Shown here piece by piece: positions 21,168 to 30,887 of a stretch of DNA of 64,000 nt. Origin of the DNA: Thermodesulfobacteriota bacterium (GTDB taxonomy: Bacteria; Desulfobacterota; Desulfarculia; JACQYL01); contig CAXXLZ010000002.1 in NCBI GenBank assembly GCA_963675595.2, positions 2,848,001 to 2,912,000 on the forward strand, written 5' to 3'. Position numbers and translations under genes: made by a program. A model generated the notes under the pieces. It made no database searches and was not told the origin of the DNA. It saw only the letters and a program-made list of their open reading frames with translations. How positions within the stretch are numbered: the stretch's first letter is position 1; each line of letters begins with the position of its first letter.

Positions 21168-21647
21168 ATGGCCGGTTGGAAACTGAAAAGCGTCGGTTCC
21201 GTTCTCAAGGAAAGCCGTTCCAGTCTCCTGGAAGGGGCCGCGGTTTGGCGGGTTTGGGACGAGGCGGTGGGACCTCAGATTTCCGCCCGGGCGCAGCCGC
21301 TTTCTTTTCAAGCCGGCCTACTGTGGGTGGTTGTTCAAAACGCTGCGTGGATGCAGGAGCTTCAGTTCCAGGCCGAGACTTTGATCGCGACCTTGAATCG
21401 GTCCGTGGGCAGGGAAATGGTCCGAGAAATCCGTTTTCGACAGGGCCGCTTTGCTCCCAAGAAAAAGAAACCGGAAGAGACTGAACGCGATCTCGCCGAA
21501 TCGACTCCTCCCCCCCCGGAAACAATGCATTCCATCCAAGATCACACACGCAAACTAAAAGACCCCGAACTCAGGGAAATCGCGAAGCGCATCGGGTTCC
21601 ACGCGGCATCCCGAAACCCCCGAGGATGGGACGCCGAAAAACCGTAG
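21168..21647 (+). CDS. DUF721 / DciA-family protein
   Basis: WDEAVGPQIS..AQP...GLLWV.V..AAWMQELQF....I..LN......V.EIRF. Confidence 0.8.
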   Translation: MAGWKLKSVGSVLKESRSSLLEGAAVWRVWDEAVGPQISARAQPLSFQAGLLWVVVQNAAWMQELQFQAETLIATLNRSVGREMVREIRFRQGRFAPKKKKPEETERDLAESTPPPPETMHSIQDHTRKLKDPELREIAKRIGFHAASRNPRGWDAEKP

Positions 21648-21664
21648 CCGTCTCCCCGGTCGAA

Positions 21665-22423
21665 TCACTTCGCGTACAGTCTCTGCAACTCCGTGGTATA
21701 TGATCCGTCCTCCCGATACAAGATCAAGGGAGGCTCAACGATAAGTTCTTCACCGCCCCCCTTTACGGAGTGAATCAGGGCCAATTTGCCCGGACTCGCC
21801 TTTCGACCGTGAACGAAGCGCATCCGCTTGGGCGTGAAACCGGCCGCTTCCAGGCCGCGCAAGAGCCTGGGCAATCCCGCGGCCCTGTAAATCACGGCCA
21901 AACGTCCCCCGTAACGCACCAGAAAGGCGGCGGCTCGCAGGAAGTCCTCGAGAGTGGAATGGAGTTCGTGGCGCGCCGATGCCCTGTCTTCCATGGGGCT
22001 GATCCTCCCCGTGCCCGGAGAGCCGTACGGCGGGTTGGCCACGGCGAGGTCGAAACTCTCGGGCGGAAAAAGGTCGGCCGGTCGGGTCAGATCGCCCGTC
22101 ACCATGCGCACCTTGGATTCCATGGCGTTCAGTTGGACGTTTTCGGAGGCGAGGGAAGCCATCCCGGAATCGAGCTCGATCCCGGTGACGCTCGACGGCG
22201 CGGGGTTCAGAGCAAGGATCAAGGAAATCACGCCGCAACCGGCGCCCAGGTCCGCCACCCGATCCCCGATTTTCGGTCGGGCAAAATCGGCCAGCAGGAC
22301 CACGTCCATGGAAAACCGGTAACCCCGTTCGGGCTGCCGCAGTTTGAGGCGGCCGCCGAACAGAGCATCCAGGGTTTCTCCCGGTCGCGGCCGGGGCTCC
22401 GAATCGCGAATCTCCGTCCCCAC
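21665..22423 (-). CDS. tRNA1(Val) A37 N6-methyltransferase family (YfiC/TrmN6-like)
   Basis: QPERGYRFSMDVVLLADF, DLGAGCG, NPPY, ARHE. Confidence 0.85.
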   Translation of the reverse strand: MGTEIRDSEPRPRPGETLDALFGGRLKLRQPERGYRFSMDVVLLADFARPKIGDRVADLGAGCGVISLILALNPAPSSVTGIELDSGMASLASENVQLNAMESKVRMVTGDLTRPADLFPPESFDLAVANPPYGSPGTGRISPMEDRASARHELHSTLEDFLRAAAFLVRYGGRLAVIYRAAGLPRLLRGLEAAGFTPKRMRFVHGRKASPGKLALIHSVKGGGEELIVEPPLILYREDGSYTTELQRLYAK

Positions 22424-22424
22424 G

Positions 22425-23750
22425 TCAGAAGGCGTTGATCACCATTCCCGTGATCACCTTGGGATAAAAGTAAGTGGATTTCCGGGGCATGATCAATCCT
22501 TCACCCGCCACGGCCGTCACCTGCTCGATGCGGGTCGGATTCAGCAGGAAACCCGCTTCGCAGCGCCCGGTTTCCACCTTGTCCAACGCGTCGTGATAAC
22601 GGCTGCTGTAGTGAAGGTTCTTCTCGTTGTCCAGGTCCTCGTCGGTCATGCCCAGAAGCCCTTTGAAAATCACCTCCGTAAAGGCGGCCACGTCCAGGTC
22701 TCGCTGCGCCGGCTTCAAGTCCCTGCCGAAATCGCCTTCCATGACTCCCGGCTTCATTGTGAACAGAAAGTATCGATCCATTCCCTTCTTGGTAAAGCCG
22801 AAGGCATGAGCCGATTCTCCCGCCTCTTTCAACACGTCGAAAAAGCGGGCGCGCACGTCGTCTCGATCGGATGCCGCGTATTCAAATGATTTGATCTCGA
22901 AGAATTTTTCGCAGGATTCCAGAAAATCGTCGACGTCCAAAGCCGAAGGCCATTGCGCCAGGAGTCGATGGGCGGGAAGGATGGTGACGTTTTCTTCGGT
23001 GTTACACAGGTACATCATCACGTACTGTGCCGGGTGCCCTTCCTTTGCGCCTTCGGTCTCTTTCAGGAAATTCCAGTAATTCACCGCCGTCTCATATCGG
23101 TGATGCCCGTCCGCAATGAACAGATCGCGGTCGTCAAACCACTGGGAAACGCCTTGGAGGGCGGCTGCTTCCGTTACCGGCCACAACATATGTCGGATGC
23201 CGTCTTTGTCCCTGAAATCATTGACCGGGGTCTTGGCCGCGGCCGACTGCAACAGATTGGAAACCGAACGCTCCGGGTCCGAGTACAAAGAGAAGATCGG
23301 ACTGAAATTGGCCCGACAGGCCTTGATCAGTTTCAGCCGATCCGATTTGGTTTCGGAGAAGGTCCGCTCATGACGTCGAATCTTTCCATCCTGGATATCC
23401 TCAACCTTCACCCGCGCGATGAGTCCGGTCCTCTGCTCTTTCGTACCGTCCTCAACGGTATATTCGATCCTGTACAGATACAGTGCGGGACCGGGATCAT
23501 GAATCAACACGCCGTTCTCCCGCCATGCCTGGAAGTCCGCTGCGGCGCGGGTGTAGCGATTGTCCGCCTCGGTGTCCGAAGCATACTGCCGGCCCAAGAT
23601 CAAGCGAATGATATTGCGGGGATGAGTTCGATAAAACGATTCCTGCTCCTCCGGTGAAATCACGTCGTAAGGCGGCGTAACCACCAGGGAAAGGTCTTGA
23701 ATGATTTGCGAATTGTAACGGAGTCCTTTGAACGCTTCCACATGTGCCAC
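22425..23750 (-). CDS. DUF1015 family protein
   Basis: PPYDVIS, HERT, IADGHHRYETA, MPRKSTYFYPK. Confidence 0.9.
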   Translation of the reverse strand: MAHVEAFKGLRYNSQIIQDLSLVVTPPYDVISPEEQESFYRTHPRNIIRLILGRQYASDTEADNRYTRAAADFQAWRENGVLIHDPGPALYLYRIEYTVEDGTKEQRTGLIARVKVEDIQDGKIRRHERTFSETKSDRLKLIKACRANFSPIFSLYSDPERSVSNLLQSAAAKTPVNDFRDKDGIRHMLWPVTEAAALQGVSQWFDDRDLFIADGHHRYETAVNYWNFLKETEGAKEGHPAQYVMMYLCNTEENVTILPAHRLLAQWPSALDVDDFLESCEKFFEIKSFEYAASDRDDVRARFFDVLKEAGESAHAFGFTKKGMDRYFLFTMKPGVMEGDFGRDLKPAQRDLDVAAFTEVIFKGLLGMTDEDLDNEKNLHYSSRYHDALDKVETGRCEAGFLLNPTRIEQVTAVAGEGLIMPRKSTYFYPKVITGMVINAF

Positions 23751-23847
23751 GAGAATACCTCTGTCGTTTTCTAGTTTGCGCCTTCCGCAGGAACGAACTT
23801 GTTACGGCCGGCGGGGTTCCGTGCTGTGCCGTGATCTCGGGACGTAT

Positions 23848-25173
23848 CTAAACGCCGATGAGTGCGCGGATTTCTTTTTCGATTTCGCGGACGCGAGCAA
23901 AAACCTCGTGCTCGTCAATGCTTGAAAACCGGCCGTTCAGCATGACCGGCCTGCCGTTGATGATACTAGTGACGACTTCGCTGCCGTTGGCGGAATATAC
24001 TAAATGCGAATACGGATTGTACATGGGAATCAGGTGAGGCCGATCAAAATCCAGAATAATCAGGTCCGCCTTTTTTCCATTTTCGATACCGCCCAAGTCT
24101 CCGTCCATGCCCAACGCCCTCGCCCCGCCCAAGGTCGCCGTCTCCACCACGGTTTCGGCATCCATGGCCGTGAGGTCGCCGCCGGCCACTTTGTGCAGTT
24201 TCGCCGCCGTATCCATCTCTCCGAACATGTTCAAATTGTTGTTGCTCGCGCAACCGTCCGTACCCAACCCGACGCGGATTCCCCGTTTGAGAAGGCCTGG
24301 AACGGGAGCAATGCCCGAGGCCAGTTTCATGTTGCTTTCCGGGTTATGGCTCACCGCTACGTTTCGGGCCGCCAGCAGGTCCATCTCCTCTTCCGACAGG
24401 AACACGCAATGGTCCGCGATGAGACGTTCGTTCAAGACACCCAGTCCGTCCAAGTAAGCCACCGGGCGTTTTCCGTGTTTGGCCAGCACCTGGTTGATCT
24501 CATCCCGCGACTCACTGAGGTGGGTGATCATGGGAATGTCGAGTTCGAGACTCAGCTCCGCGGCTTTTTCGAACAACTCGGGAGCGCAAGTGTAAGGGCT
24601 GTGCGGCTCGACCGCAACGGAAATGAGCGGATCGTCCTTCCATTTCAGCGCCAATTCACGAGTCGCCTCATATCCATTCTCCAGGGGACCGTAGCTCGGA
24701 GAGGGAAAATCGTAGAGCACCTCACCCACCATCGCTCGAATTCCACAGGATTTCGCGGCCTCCGCAGTCTGATCCTCGAAAAGATACATATCGCAGAATG
24801 TGGTGGTTCCCGACCGGATCATTTCCAGGGCCGCAAGACGGGCGCCCCAATAAACCCATTCCGGTTTCAGGTTTCTTTCTATGGGAAAGATGTACCGAGT
24901 CAGCCATTCCATGAGGGGCAAATCATCGGCCAAACCGCGGAACAGGGTCATGGCCGCGTGAGTATGGGCATTGATCAATCCGGGAAGCACCACCATGTTC
25001 GAGGCGTCGATTACGAGGTCGGCACTGATGTCGGCCGGTGCGGGTTCCGGACCCATGATCGCGATACGGTCACCCCGAATCGCGATGAATCCGGGGTTGA
25101 CAACGCTCCCCGGAGGATTCATGGTTAGCAGCATTCCACGCCTGATCAAAATATCATAAGGTAATTGAGCCAT
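23848..25173 (-). CDS. mtaD: Amidohydrolase, 5-methylthioadenosine/S-adenosylhomocysteine deaminase-like
   Basis: PGLINAHTH, RGLADDLPLMEWL, PHSPYTC, HLSES, HNPESNMKLASG, LGTDGCASNN. Confidence 0.82.
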   Translation of the reverse strand: MAQLPYDILIRRGMLLTMNPPGSVVNPGFIAIRGDRIAIMGPEPAPADISADLVIDASNMVVLPGLINAHTHAAMTLFRGLADDLPLMEWLTRYIFPIERNLKPEWVYWGARLAALEMIRSGTTTFCDMYLFEDQTAEAAKSCGIRAMVGEVLYDFPSPSYGPLENGYEATRELALKWKDDPLISVAVEPHSPYTCAPELFEKAAELSLELDIPMITHLSESRDEINQVLAKHGKRPVAYLDGLGVLNERLIADHCVFLSEEEMDLLAARNVAVSHNPESNMKLASGIAPVPGLLKRGIRVGLGTDGCASNNNLNMFGEMDTAAKLHKVAGGDLTAMDAETVVETATLGGARALGMDGDLGGIENGKKADLIILDFDRPHLIPMYNPYSHLVYSANGSEVVTSIINGRPVMLNGRFSSIDEHEVFARVREIEKEIRALIGV

Positions 25174-25207
25174 GATTTTGGGTGCTTACCCTTCGAAGAC
25201 AAAAATA

Positions 25208-25236
25208 TTGACATCCTCGTAACACCCTCCTAAACT
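25208..25236 (+). promoter_or_regulatory. Putative sigma70 promoter for the lytic transglycosylase gene
   Basis: TTGACA-17 bp-TAAACT, preceded by an A-tract. Confidence 0.6.
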
Positions 25237-25277
25237 TTGATGTCATACAACTTCGCCACGGAGAAGGAATTGCGGCT

Positions 25278-25913
25278 ATGTCTGACAAAGCGGGGCGTTA
25301 CGCGCCCTTTATTTCTTTCATGTTAATCTTGTTTGCGTGCGGTGTATTGTTTCCTCCTCACACGAGCCGAGTTTTGTGCTCGCAGAGCATTGGTGCCTTC
25401 GGCGTCACCGGCGAGCTCGATCCTCCGCCGGACGCCTTGATTCACGAAGAAGTCGTCGCTTCCAATCGGTCCAACGAAACAGTCCCGCAGCGCAACTATC
25501 CCGTCACTCACGACGCCCTTGCCCCCCACGAACGCTACGACCGGATTATTCGGGTCGCGGCGGAACGGTACGGCATTGATTTCTACCTGATCAAAGGGGT
25601 CATCCAGGCCGAGTCGAGCTTCAATCCCCGCGCCGTATCGCCCGTGGGAGCCTCCGGCCTCATGCAGATCATGCCGACAACGGCGGAGATGCTGGGCGTG
25701 AACAACCGATTCGATCCGGAAGAAAACATTCTCGCGGGCGTGCGTTATCTCAAGGATTTGGTCGAGGCTTTGGACGGAGACGTGGAGCTGGCGCTGGCGG
25801 CCTACAACGCCGGGATCACTCGGATACGCAGAACCAACGGGGTTCCTTATCGGGTCACCAGGACCTACGTACAGCGGGTCAAGCGTTTCGCGGAAGAATT
25901 CCGTTCCCTCTGA
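25278..25913 (+). CDS. SLT-domain lytic transglycosylase
   Basis: VIQAESSFNPRAVS, GASGLMQIMP, ALAAYNAG; N-terminal hydrophobic segment. Confidence 0.92.
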   Translation: MSDKAGRYAPFISFMLILFACGVLFPPHTSRVLCSQSIGAFGVTGELDPPPDALIHEEVVASNRSNETVPQRNYPVTHDALAPHERYDRIIRVAAERYGIDFYLIKGVIQAESSFNPRAVSPVGASGLMQIMPTTAEMLGVNNRFDPEENILAGVRYLKDLVEALDGDVELALAAYNAGITRIRRTNGVPYRVTRTYVQRVKRFAEEFRSL

Positions 25914-25933
25914 TCCGCCGTGGACGGTTCGGC

Positions 25934-26566
25934 CTAAGAACGCCCGTTCCACCGAGAAAACCGATCAAGGATGCCCAATCCCACCGGTCCGCTTTTTTCG
26001 GGGTGGAATTGTACGGCTACCAAGTTTTTCCGCGCCAGAACCGAGGTGAACCCGATTCCATAATCGGTGACACCGAGGCGAACCTCGTCCTCCGAGGGAT
26101 CTGGATAGTAGGAGTGGACGAAATAGAAGTCCGCTTCAGCGGGGATGTCTGAAAACACGGGATGGTCCCGGAGCAGACGAACCTGATTCCAGCCCATGTG
26201 GGGAATTTTCAGGGAAGGATCCCCGAGGCTCTTCAATGCACCGGCGAATCCCTTGGTCCCGCCTTTCACCAGTCCCAGGCATTCGGTGTCGTTCTCTTCG
26301 CTGTATTCAAGAATCACCTGCGTGCCCAGGCAGATGCCGAGAAGCGGCTTTCCGCTTTCATAGACCTCACGAATTACCGCGTCGAGACCGGTATCTTTCA
26401 AAGTGCGCATGGCCTGTCCCGCGGCGCCGACTCCGGGAAAAATCACTCGATCGGCTTCCAGAATCCGGTGGGGCTCCGCGGTGACCTCACAAAGGATATC
26501 CAGGCTGCGCAGGGCCCGGGCTACACTGGTCAGATTGCCCGCACCGTAGTCAACGATGGCGATCAT
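25934..26566 (-). CDS. hisH: Imidazole glycerol phosphate synthase glutaminase subunit
   Basis: MIAIVDYGAGNL, FPGVG, LGICLG, PHMGWN, YFVHSY, QFHPEKS. Confidence 0.95.
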   Translation of the reverse strand: MIAIVDYGAGNLTSVARALRSLDILCEVTAEPHRILEADRVIFPGVGAAGQAMRTLKDTGLDAVIREVYESGKPLLGICLGTQVILEYSEENDTECLGLVKGGTKGFAGALKSLGDPSLKIPHMGWNQVRLLRDHPVFSDIPAEADFYFVHSYYPDPSEDEVRLGVTDYGIGFTSVLARKNLVAVQFHPEKSGPVGLGILDRFSRWNGRS

Positions 26567-26688
26567 GCGGAAGCCCCTTTCCTGAAGAGAATGATAGCGC
26601 CCTTGATGGGTACGCTTGTCCGGCAAGAATCGTCCGCCGGAGAAAGTGGTTTCTTTACCATCCAAATCCCAGCCAAGTCAATTCAGGA

Positions 26689-28233
26689 ATGGCCGAACCC
26701 CCGGACACCATGGCGGAATTGGCGGAAAGCCTGTCTCGGATCGCTCGCGAAACCGGAATCCCGGAACCTCTCCTCGCCGCGTCCCTGGCCTTCCGTTTGC
26801 CTGTGCGCCGACGATCCCAACGCCGCCGGCTGTTCCTCCTGACGATTCGTTTCCTCAATTCTTCGACGGAACAAGGCTCCCAAGCCGGATACGGCATTCC
26901 CGTGCAACAGGAGCCCGTGGAGATTAACCCGGATTGGTTCCGCATGATCGACAAAGCCGTGGAGCAGGCGCATGCCTGGCATTCCTTGGGGATCCAAGTC
27001 CTAACGACGTTTTCGCACGGCGCCTTGAGAACCGGTCATCCGGAGCAGGCCGGGATTCTTTTCGCCTTCGGTCCCCTTCCCTCGTTGCCCACCCGAAAAA
27101 TCGCACTGCTGCATTCGAGAAAGCCGCGGCGCATCACCCCTGAAACCTCATGGCCGAGTGATACTCGGAAGGCCCTCGGACAAGCCGGCACCGCACCTTT
27201 TCAACTCGTCACGAGTTACGGCACTCCCGGATACGATTTGGCAACCTTCGCCGCCTCCAAGGAGGCGGAACACTTCTGGACGATCTGTCCCGACGACTCT
27301 CCCTTCCGTCTCGCCACAGCAGAGGAGCCCGCTCCCCTACTCAGACCCCGCCTCGATCTGTTCGCCCCTGAAAAGACCACCTGGTTGTGTTCTTTTCCTC
27401 CCGGGTGCGGTTCCGCGAAAGACCGAGAGATTCGGGATTGGACCGTGGCCGCAGTCGCCGACGAGCTTTGGGCCGTGGACGTGCGAGCCCGAGGGATCAT
27501 GGCGGCCGTCCTGGCCCACGCGCAAACTCGAGGAAAACCGGTTCGGAGGGTTTCCTCCTCTTCTGCCGCGTCCGGCTCGCCTAAGCCGTCGGGAACAAAG
27601 CCCGATCCCGCACCACTCCCGCGGATTCATGGAGCCTTTCATCCCTGCCGGCGGAGTCGGGCCGAAGCGATGCTTTTCCATTACACCCGTGCAAACCCGG
27701 GGCCCTGGCCGGGACAGACCATCAAAGAGCGGCTCGGGGAGATCCTTTCCGGTCGTCCGGAAATGGAACACACGGCCTTCCATGCATTGAAAAGAATCCT
27801 TGCAGAAGGACGGATCCGCGCGTCTTCAAGGCTGACACGGGGACGGCAGGCCGTGGTATGCTTCTCGGAATGCCCTCCCGCAGAGCTCGTGTTTCCCGCC
27901 TCCTGGAATCGAGCCCTGATTCGATGGAACTTCGAGCCTTACGGCCTCGTCTTTCCCTTGCACGCCCTCCGAAGGCTCGGCGTCATGCCCGTGATCTACG
28001 CGGGAGAAGAAACGTATGGGTCTCTGGGGGAAGCGGACGGATACCGGTTTCAACTCCATAATCCCCCCAAGACGGACTGGTCCCGGGAAAAGGAATGGAG
28101 ATTGCCCGGTGATCTAACGCTTGACCGGGTTCCCCCGGAACATCTGCGGGTTCTGGTAACCACGCGCCGCGAGGCGGAAGAAATACTGGATGCCTTTGGA
28201 ATTCGGGTTTGGGAAGGATTCGAACCCGGTTGA
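26689..28233 (+). CDS. Hypothetical fusion: divergent DprA/SLOG-like domain plus C-terminal AbiGi/DUF2971-like (ART-fold) domain
   Basis: DprA-like GIQVLT..ILFAFG..RKIALLHSR..RD..VAAVAD....V....G......A...GKPV; C-terminal LFHYT..LKRIL.EG.I..VCFSE..YGL.F....G..PVIY..DWSREKEWR. Confidence 0.6.
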   Translation: MAEPPDTMAELAESLSRIARETGIPEPLLAASLAFRLPVRRRSQRRRLFLLTIRFLNSSTEQGSQAGYGIPVQQEPVEINPDWFRMIDKAVEQAHAWHSLGIQVLTTFSHGALRTGHPEQAGILFAFGPLPSLPTRKIALLHSRKPRRITPETSWPSDTRKALGQAGTAPFQLVTSYGTPGYDLATFAASKEAEHFWTICPDDSPFRLATAEEPAPLLRPRLDLFAPEKTTWLCSFPPGCGSAKDREIRDWTVAAVADELWAVDVRARGIMAAVLAHAQTRGKPVRRVSSSSAASGSPKPSGTKPDPAPLPRIHGAFHPCRRSRAEAMLFHYTRANPGPWPGQTIKERLGEILSGRPEMEHTAFHALKRILAEGRIRASSRLTRGRQAVVCFSECPPAELVFPASWNRALIRWNFEPYGLVFPLHALRRLGVMPVIYAGEETYGSLGEADGYRFQLHNPPKTDWSREKEWRLPGDLTLDRVPPEHLRVLVTTRREAEEILDAFGIRVWEGFEPG

Positions 28234-28258
28234 TCCCGACCTACCGGAGAGGAAGCGT

Positions 28259-28645
28259 ATGAAGCTGACTGCATTGGATCATCTCGTTCTCACCGTCAAC
28301 GATGTGGACGTTACCCGCAGTTTTTATGCAAGGGTATTGGGTATGGAGGAAATCGTCTTTTCCGGCAATCGGAAAGCTCTGGCTTTCGGCGGACAAAAAA
28401 TCAACCTGCATCGGCGAGGATCCGAATTCGATCCCAAAGCGGAGCATCCCACACCGGGTTCGGCGGACCTCTGTTTTCTGACCGAGATTCCTCTCTTCGA
28501 GGCCATGGAACACGTCCGTTCCCAAGGTGTCGCAATCCTCGAAGGCCCCGTCGAACGAGTCGGGGCTTGCGGCCCCATTGTGTCCTTCTATTTCAGGGAC
28601 CCCGATGGAAATCTCATTGAAGTGGCCAACAGCGTCACCTCCTAG
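28259..28645 (+). CDS. VOC/glyoxalase family protein
   Basis: LDHLVLTV, FGGQKINLH, PGSADLCF, YFRDPDGNLIE. Confidence 0.92.
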   Translation: MKLTALDHLVLTVNDVDVTRSFYARVLGMEEIVFSGNRKALAFGGQKINLHRRGSEFDPKAEHPTPGSADLCFLTEIPLFEAMEHVRSQGVAILEGPVERVGACGPIVSFYFRDPDGNLIEVANSVTS

Positions 28646-28699
28646 CCGGACCACGCGGATTTCAGGTCTGGGCCGTTTCGGAGGGAGGGGAAAGAGTCC

Positions 28700-28970
28700 C
28701 TTGTAGCCTCCGTCCACGGCCGGGTTCCACCATCATCCGAGGGTCCGGTTCTCAAGCGCGTCCGAAGGTTTCCGGCGAGCATTCACGGGGAGGACTTTCA
28801 CGAAAGTCCTCTCAAGATCTGAGAAGTAAGCCTCTCCCTTCACATCCACGGCTAAAGCTTGCTGACCGGACACTACCCGAGGCACACCCGACCCACTAAG
28901 CTCATACGAGCTGAAATGATGCTACCGGAAACGTGAGAATATCTCGAAAGCGTGTCCTAGGCCTGACGCG
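28700..28970 (+). ncRNA. Candidate large structured non-coding RNA (family not recognised)
   Basis: ORF-free gap with many hand-found complementary segments: 28702-10/28879-86, 28743-57/28857-71, 28768-82/28919-32, 28757-62/28965-70; hairpins 28790-811 and 28899-912. G-U pairs favour the + strand. Confidence 0.5.
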
Positions 28971-29222
28971 TGATGGGAGTGTCCCGTCCGTATCGTCCCG
29001 ATTTCAGGAACCTCGCCGGATACCGTGCCTTGTTCATCCCTGAGAGCGTTGATAATAGCCCTTAGTGAACCCCTTCACAAAAAACAAATCCGGTTTACAA
29101 ATCTTCTCCGACCATCTCTTAAAAAGCTGATAGGATCCCTTCATCGAACGGTGGATCGCTTCCCCGGAATTGGGATTCGATCTCGACCACTGTTCCGGAA
29201 GATTTCAGCAAAAGGAGATGGA

Positions 29223-29654
29223 ATGATGAAGAAGACTTTTGTCGTTCTGTGTGTGGCGGCGTTGGGCATGGCAACGGCGGCGGGCTCGTCGGTCCATGCA
29301 ATGCCTTTGAGGAATTCAGGCGGAGGGATGATCGAACGTCATGACCTGGACGGCGACGGAAAGATCTCACGTGACGAGTTTCCGGGTCCCGACGAACACT
29401 TCGATCTTTTGGATGTGAACGGCGACGGATTTCTCGATGAAGAAGAGTCCTCGGTGGATCTTCGGCCGGAGAGCATGGAATGGCCCGTGCCCCAGCCATT
29501 CTATGAAGACGACGTGGACGGCGATGGAAAAGTCTCGCGCAGCGAGTTTACCGGACCTGCGGATCACTTCGATAGGTTCGACTTGAACGGGGATGGCTAC
29601 ATCGACCAAGACGAGGCTCGCAGGCATCCGCCCGGACCGCCGCCGGCCAGGTAA
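29223..29654 (+). CDS. Secreted EF-hand calcium-binding protein (four loops)
   Basis: Signal peptide; DLDGDGKISRDE, DVNGDGFLDEEE, DVDGDGKVSRSE, DLNGDGYIDQDE; AAGGAG RBS. Confidence 0.88.
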   Translation: MMKKTFVVLCVAALGMATAAGSSVHAMPLRNSGGGMIERHDLDGDGKISRDEFPGPDEHFDLLDVNGDGFLDEEESSVDLRPESMEWPVPQPFYEDDVDGDGKVSRSEFTGPADHFDRFDLNGDGYIDQDEARRHPPGPPPAR

Positions 29655-30068
29655 CGGCGCTCAAGACATGCAGCGGTTTCGGCGCAACCATGGCGCACGC
29701 CGAAGCTTCGGCAAGGGAATCCCGGACGGCCGTCGGTCGAACGATTCAGGGATGGAGGTCCGGGAACCCTGAAACCCGAAAAAGCGACCACGCGGACGAA
29801 ACAATTCGTTTAATCCGCAAGACCACCCGACGGCGGCTCCTTGCCGAGAGCCCGACTCCATCCCGCGCCGCGGCTATGAGCAAGCCGACCTTCCTTGAGA
29901 AACTCCCCCTCTTTTTCCCGACCATGACGTTTCAGCGTCGTCCTTGCTCTCCGGGGCCGTTTGGTGCATAATGCCGTTGGACTCCGCTTTGGAATCCTTT
30001 TTTTTTCGACGCCCCGATCATCGGGCTCTGCCCGACTCTTTCAAGCCCCGAAAGCCACTCAGCCGGAA

Positions 30069-30887
30069 ATGGACAAAGAAACTCCCGAAATTCCCTTAAA
30101 CGAGCGAAAAGCCCGCCTTGATCAGGCTGACGTGAACGTTGAAAAAGTACTCTGGGGGGAGGCGGACCCAGAGCCGACGTCCGAAACGACGGCTCCGACA
30201 CCGAAAACGGAGAAAGCTCGAAAGGCCAAAGCGAAGCTCCGTTTTTCCATGCCGTCCAAGCGAGTCCTCGTTATCACCGCCATCTGTCTCTTGATCGTCG
30301 CATCCATGGGCGCGCTCTTTCTCAGAAGCAAACCTCGGCGAATGCCGGACGTCCCGCCCGCTCCTCCGACCGAAAAGCCCGGCCCCGTTGTGACCGGGAA
30401 GGTTTACAGCCACGATTATTACCTTAGGCTGGTCAACCGAGTGGACCGAAGCCGAGAGAAGCTGACGCGCTTGCGATACGATCTCGATATCCTGAAGCAG
30501 AGATCCGAAATATTGAAGGATTTTCTAAAGATCATCCGAACGAGTCGATCCAACAACGAATTGATCCAATATTACCTTTCGGAGCTGAGTAAGGATTACT
30601 TCTCTTATCACGGATTACCCACGGACAGCCTTCTATCCAAGGAAGAAAAACGCAGAATCATGAACACGCTTTACGGCCGCCTGGGTGACGGCCGCATGCC
30701 CGGAGTGGCCGGACCTTCCGGCACCCTGGAGCGGCTCGATGCTTCCTCCGCCGAAACCCTGGTCAAGGCCACGGAGGCAAAGTTCAAGGCGTTGCAGGCC
30801 CAGGTACTGCGTATGGAAAAGTCCATCGACTGGAAAGAACGCCTGGTATTGTTCATGTATCAGAAGGGCTATGATCTGGACGGCTGA
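30069..30887 (+). CDS. Hypothetical single-pass membrane protein with a helical/coiled-coil C-terminal domain
   Basis: One TM (VLVITAICLLIVASMGALFL), Pro-rich linker, heptad-like helices. Confidence 0.6.
   Translation: MDKETPEIPLNERKARLDQADVNVEKVLWGEADPEPTSETTAPTPKTEKARKAKAKLRFSMPSKRVLVITAICLLIVASMGALFLRSKPRRMPDVPPAPPTEKPGPVVTGKVYSHDYYLRLVNRVDRSREKLTRLRYDLDILKQRSEILKDFLKIIRTSRSNNELIQYYLSELSKDYFSYHGLPTDSLLSKEEKRRIMNTLYGRLGDGRMPGVAGPSGTLERLDASSAETLVKATEAKFKALQAQVLRMEKSIDWKERLVLFMYQKGYDLDG

Noticed and set aside
28694-28970. tmRNA, RNase P or SRP identity (ttccacca, gaaagtcc words)
   Set aside because: No tRNA-like acceptor/T arm or tag ORF, no RNase P P4 consensus pair, no SRP helix-8 motif.
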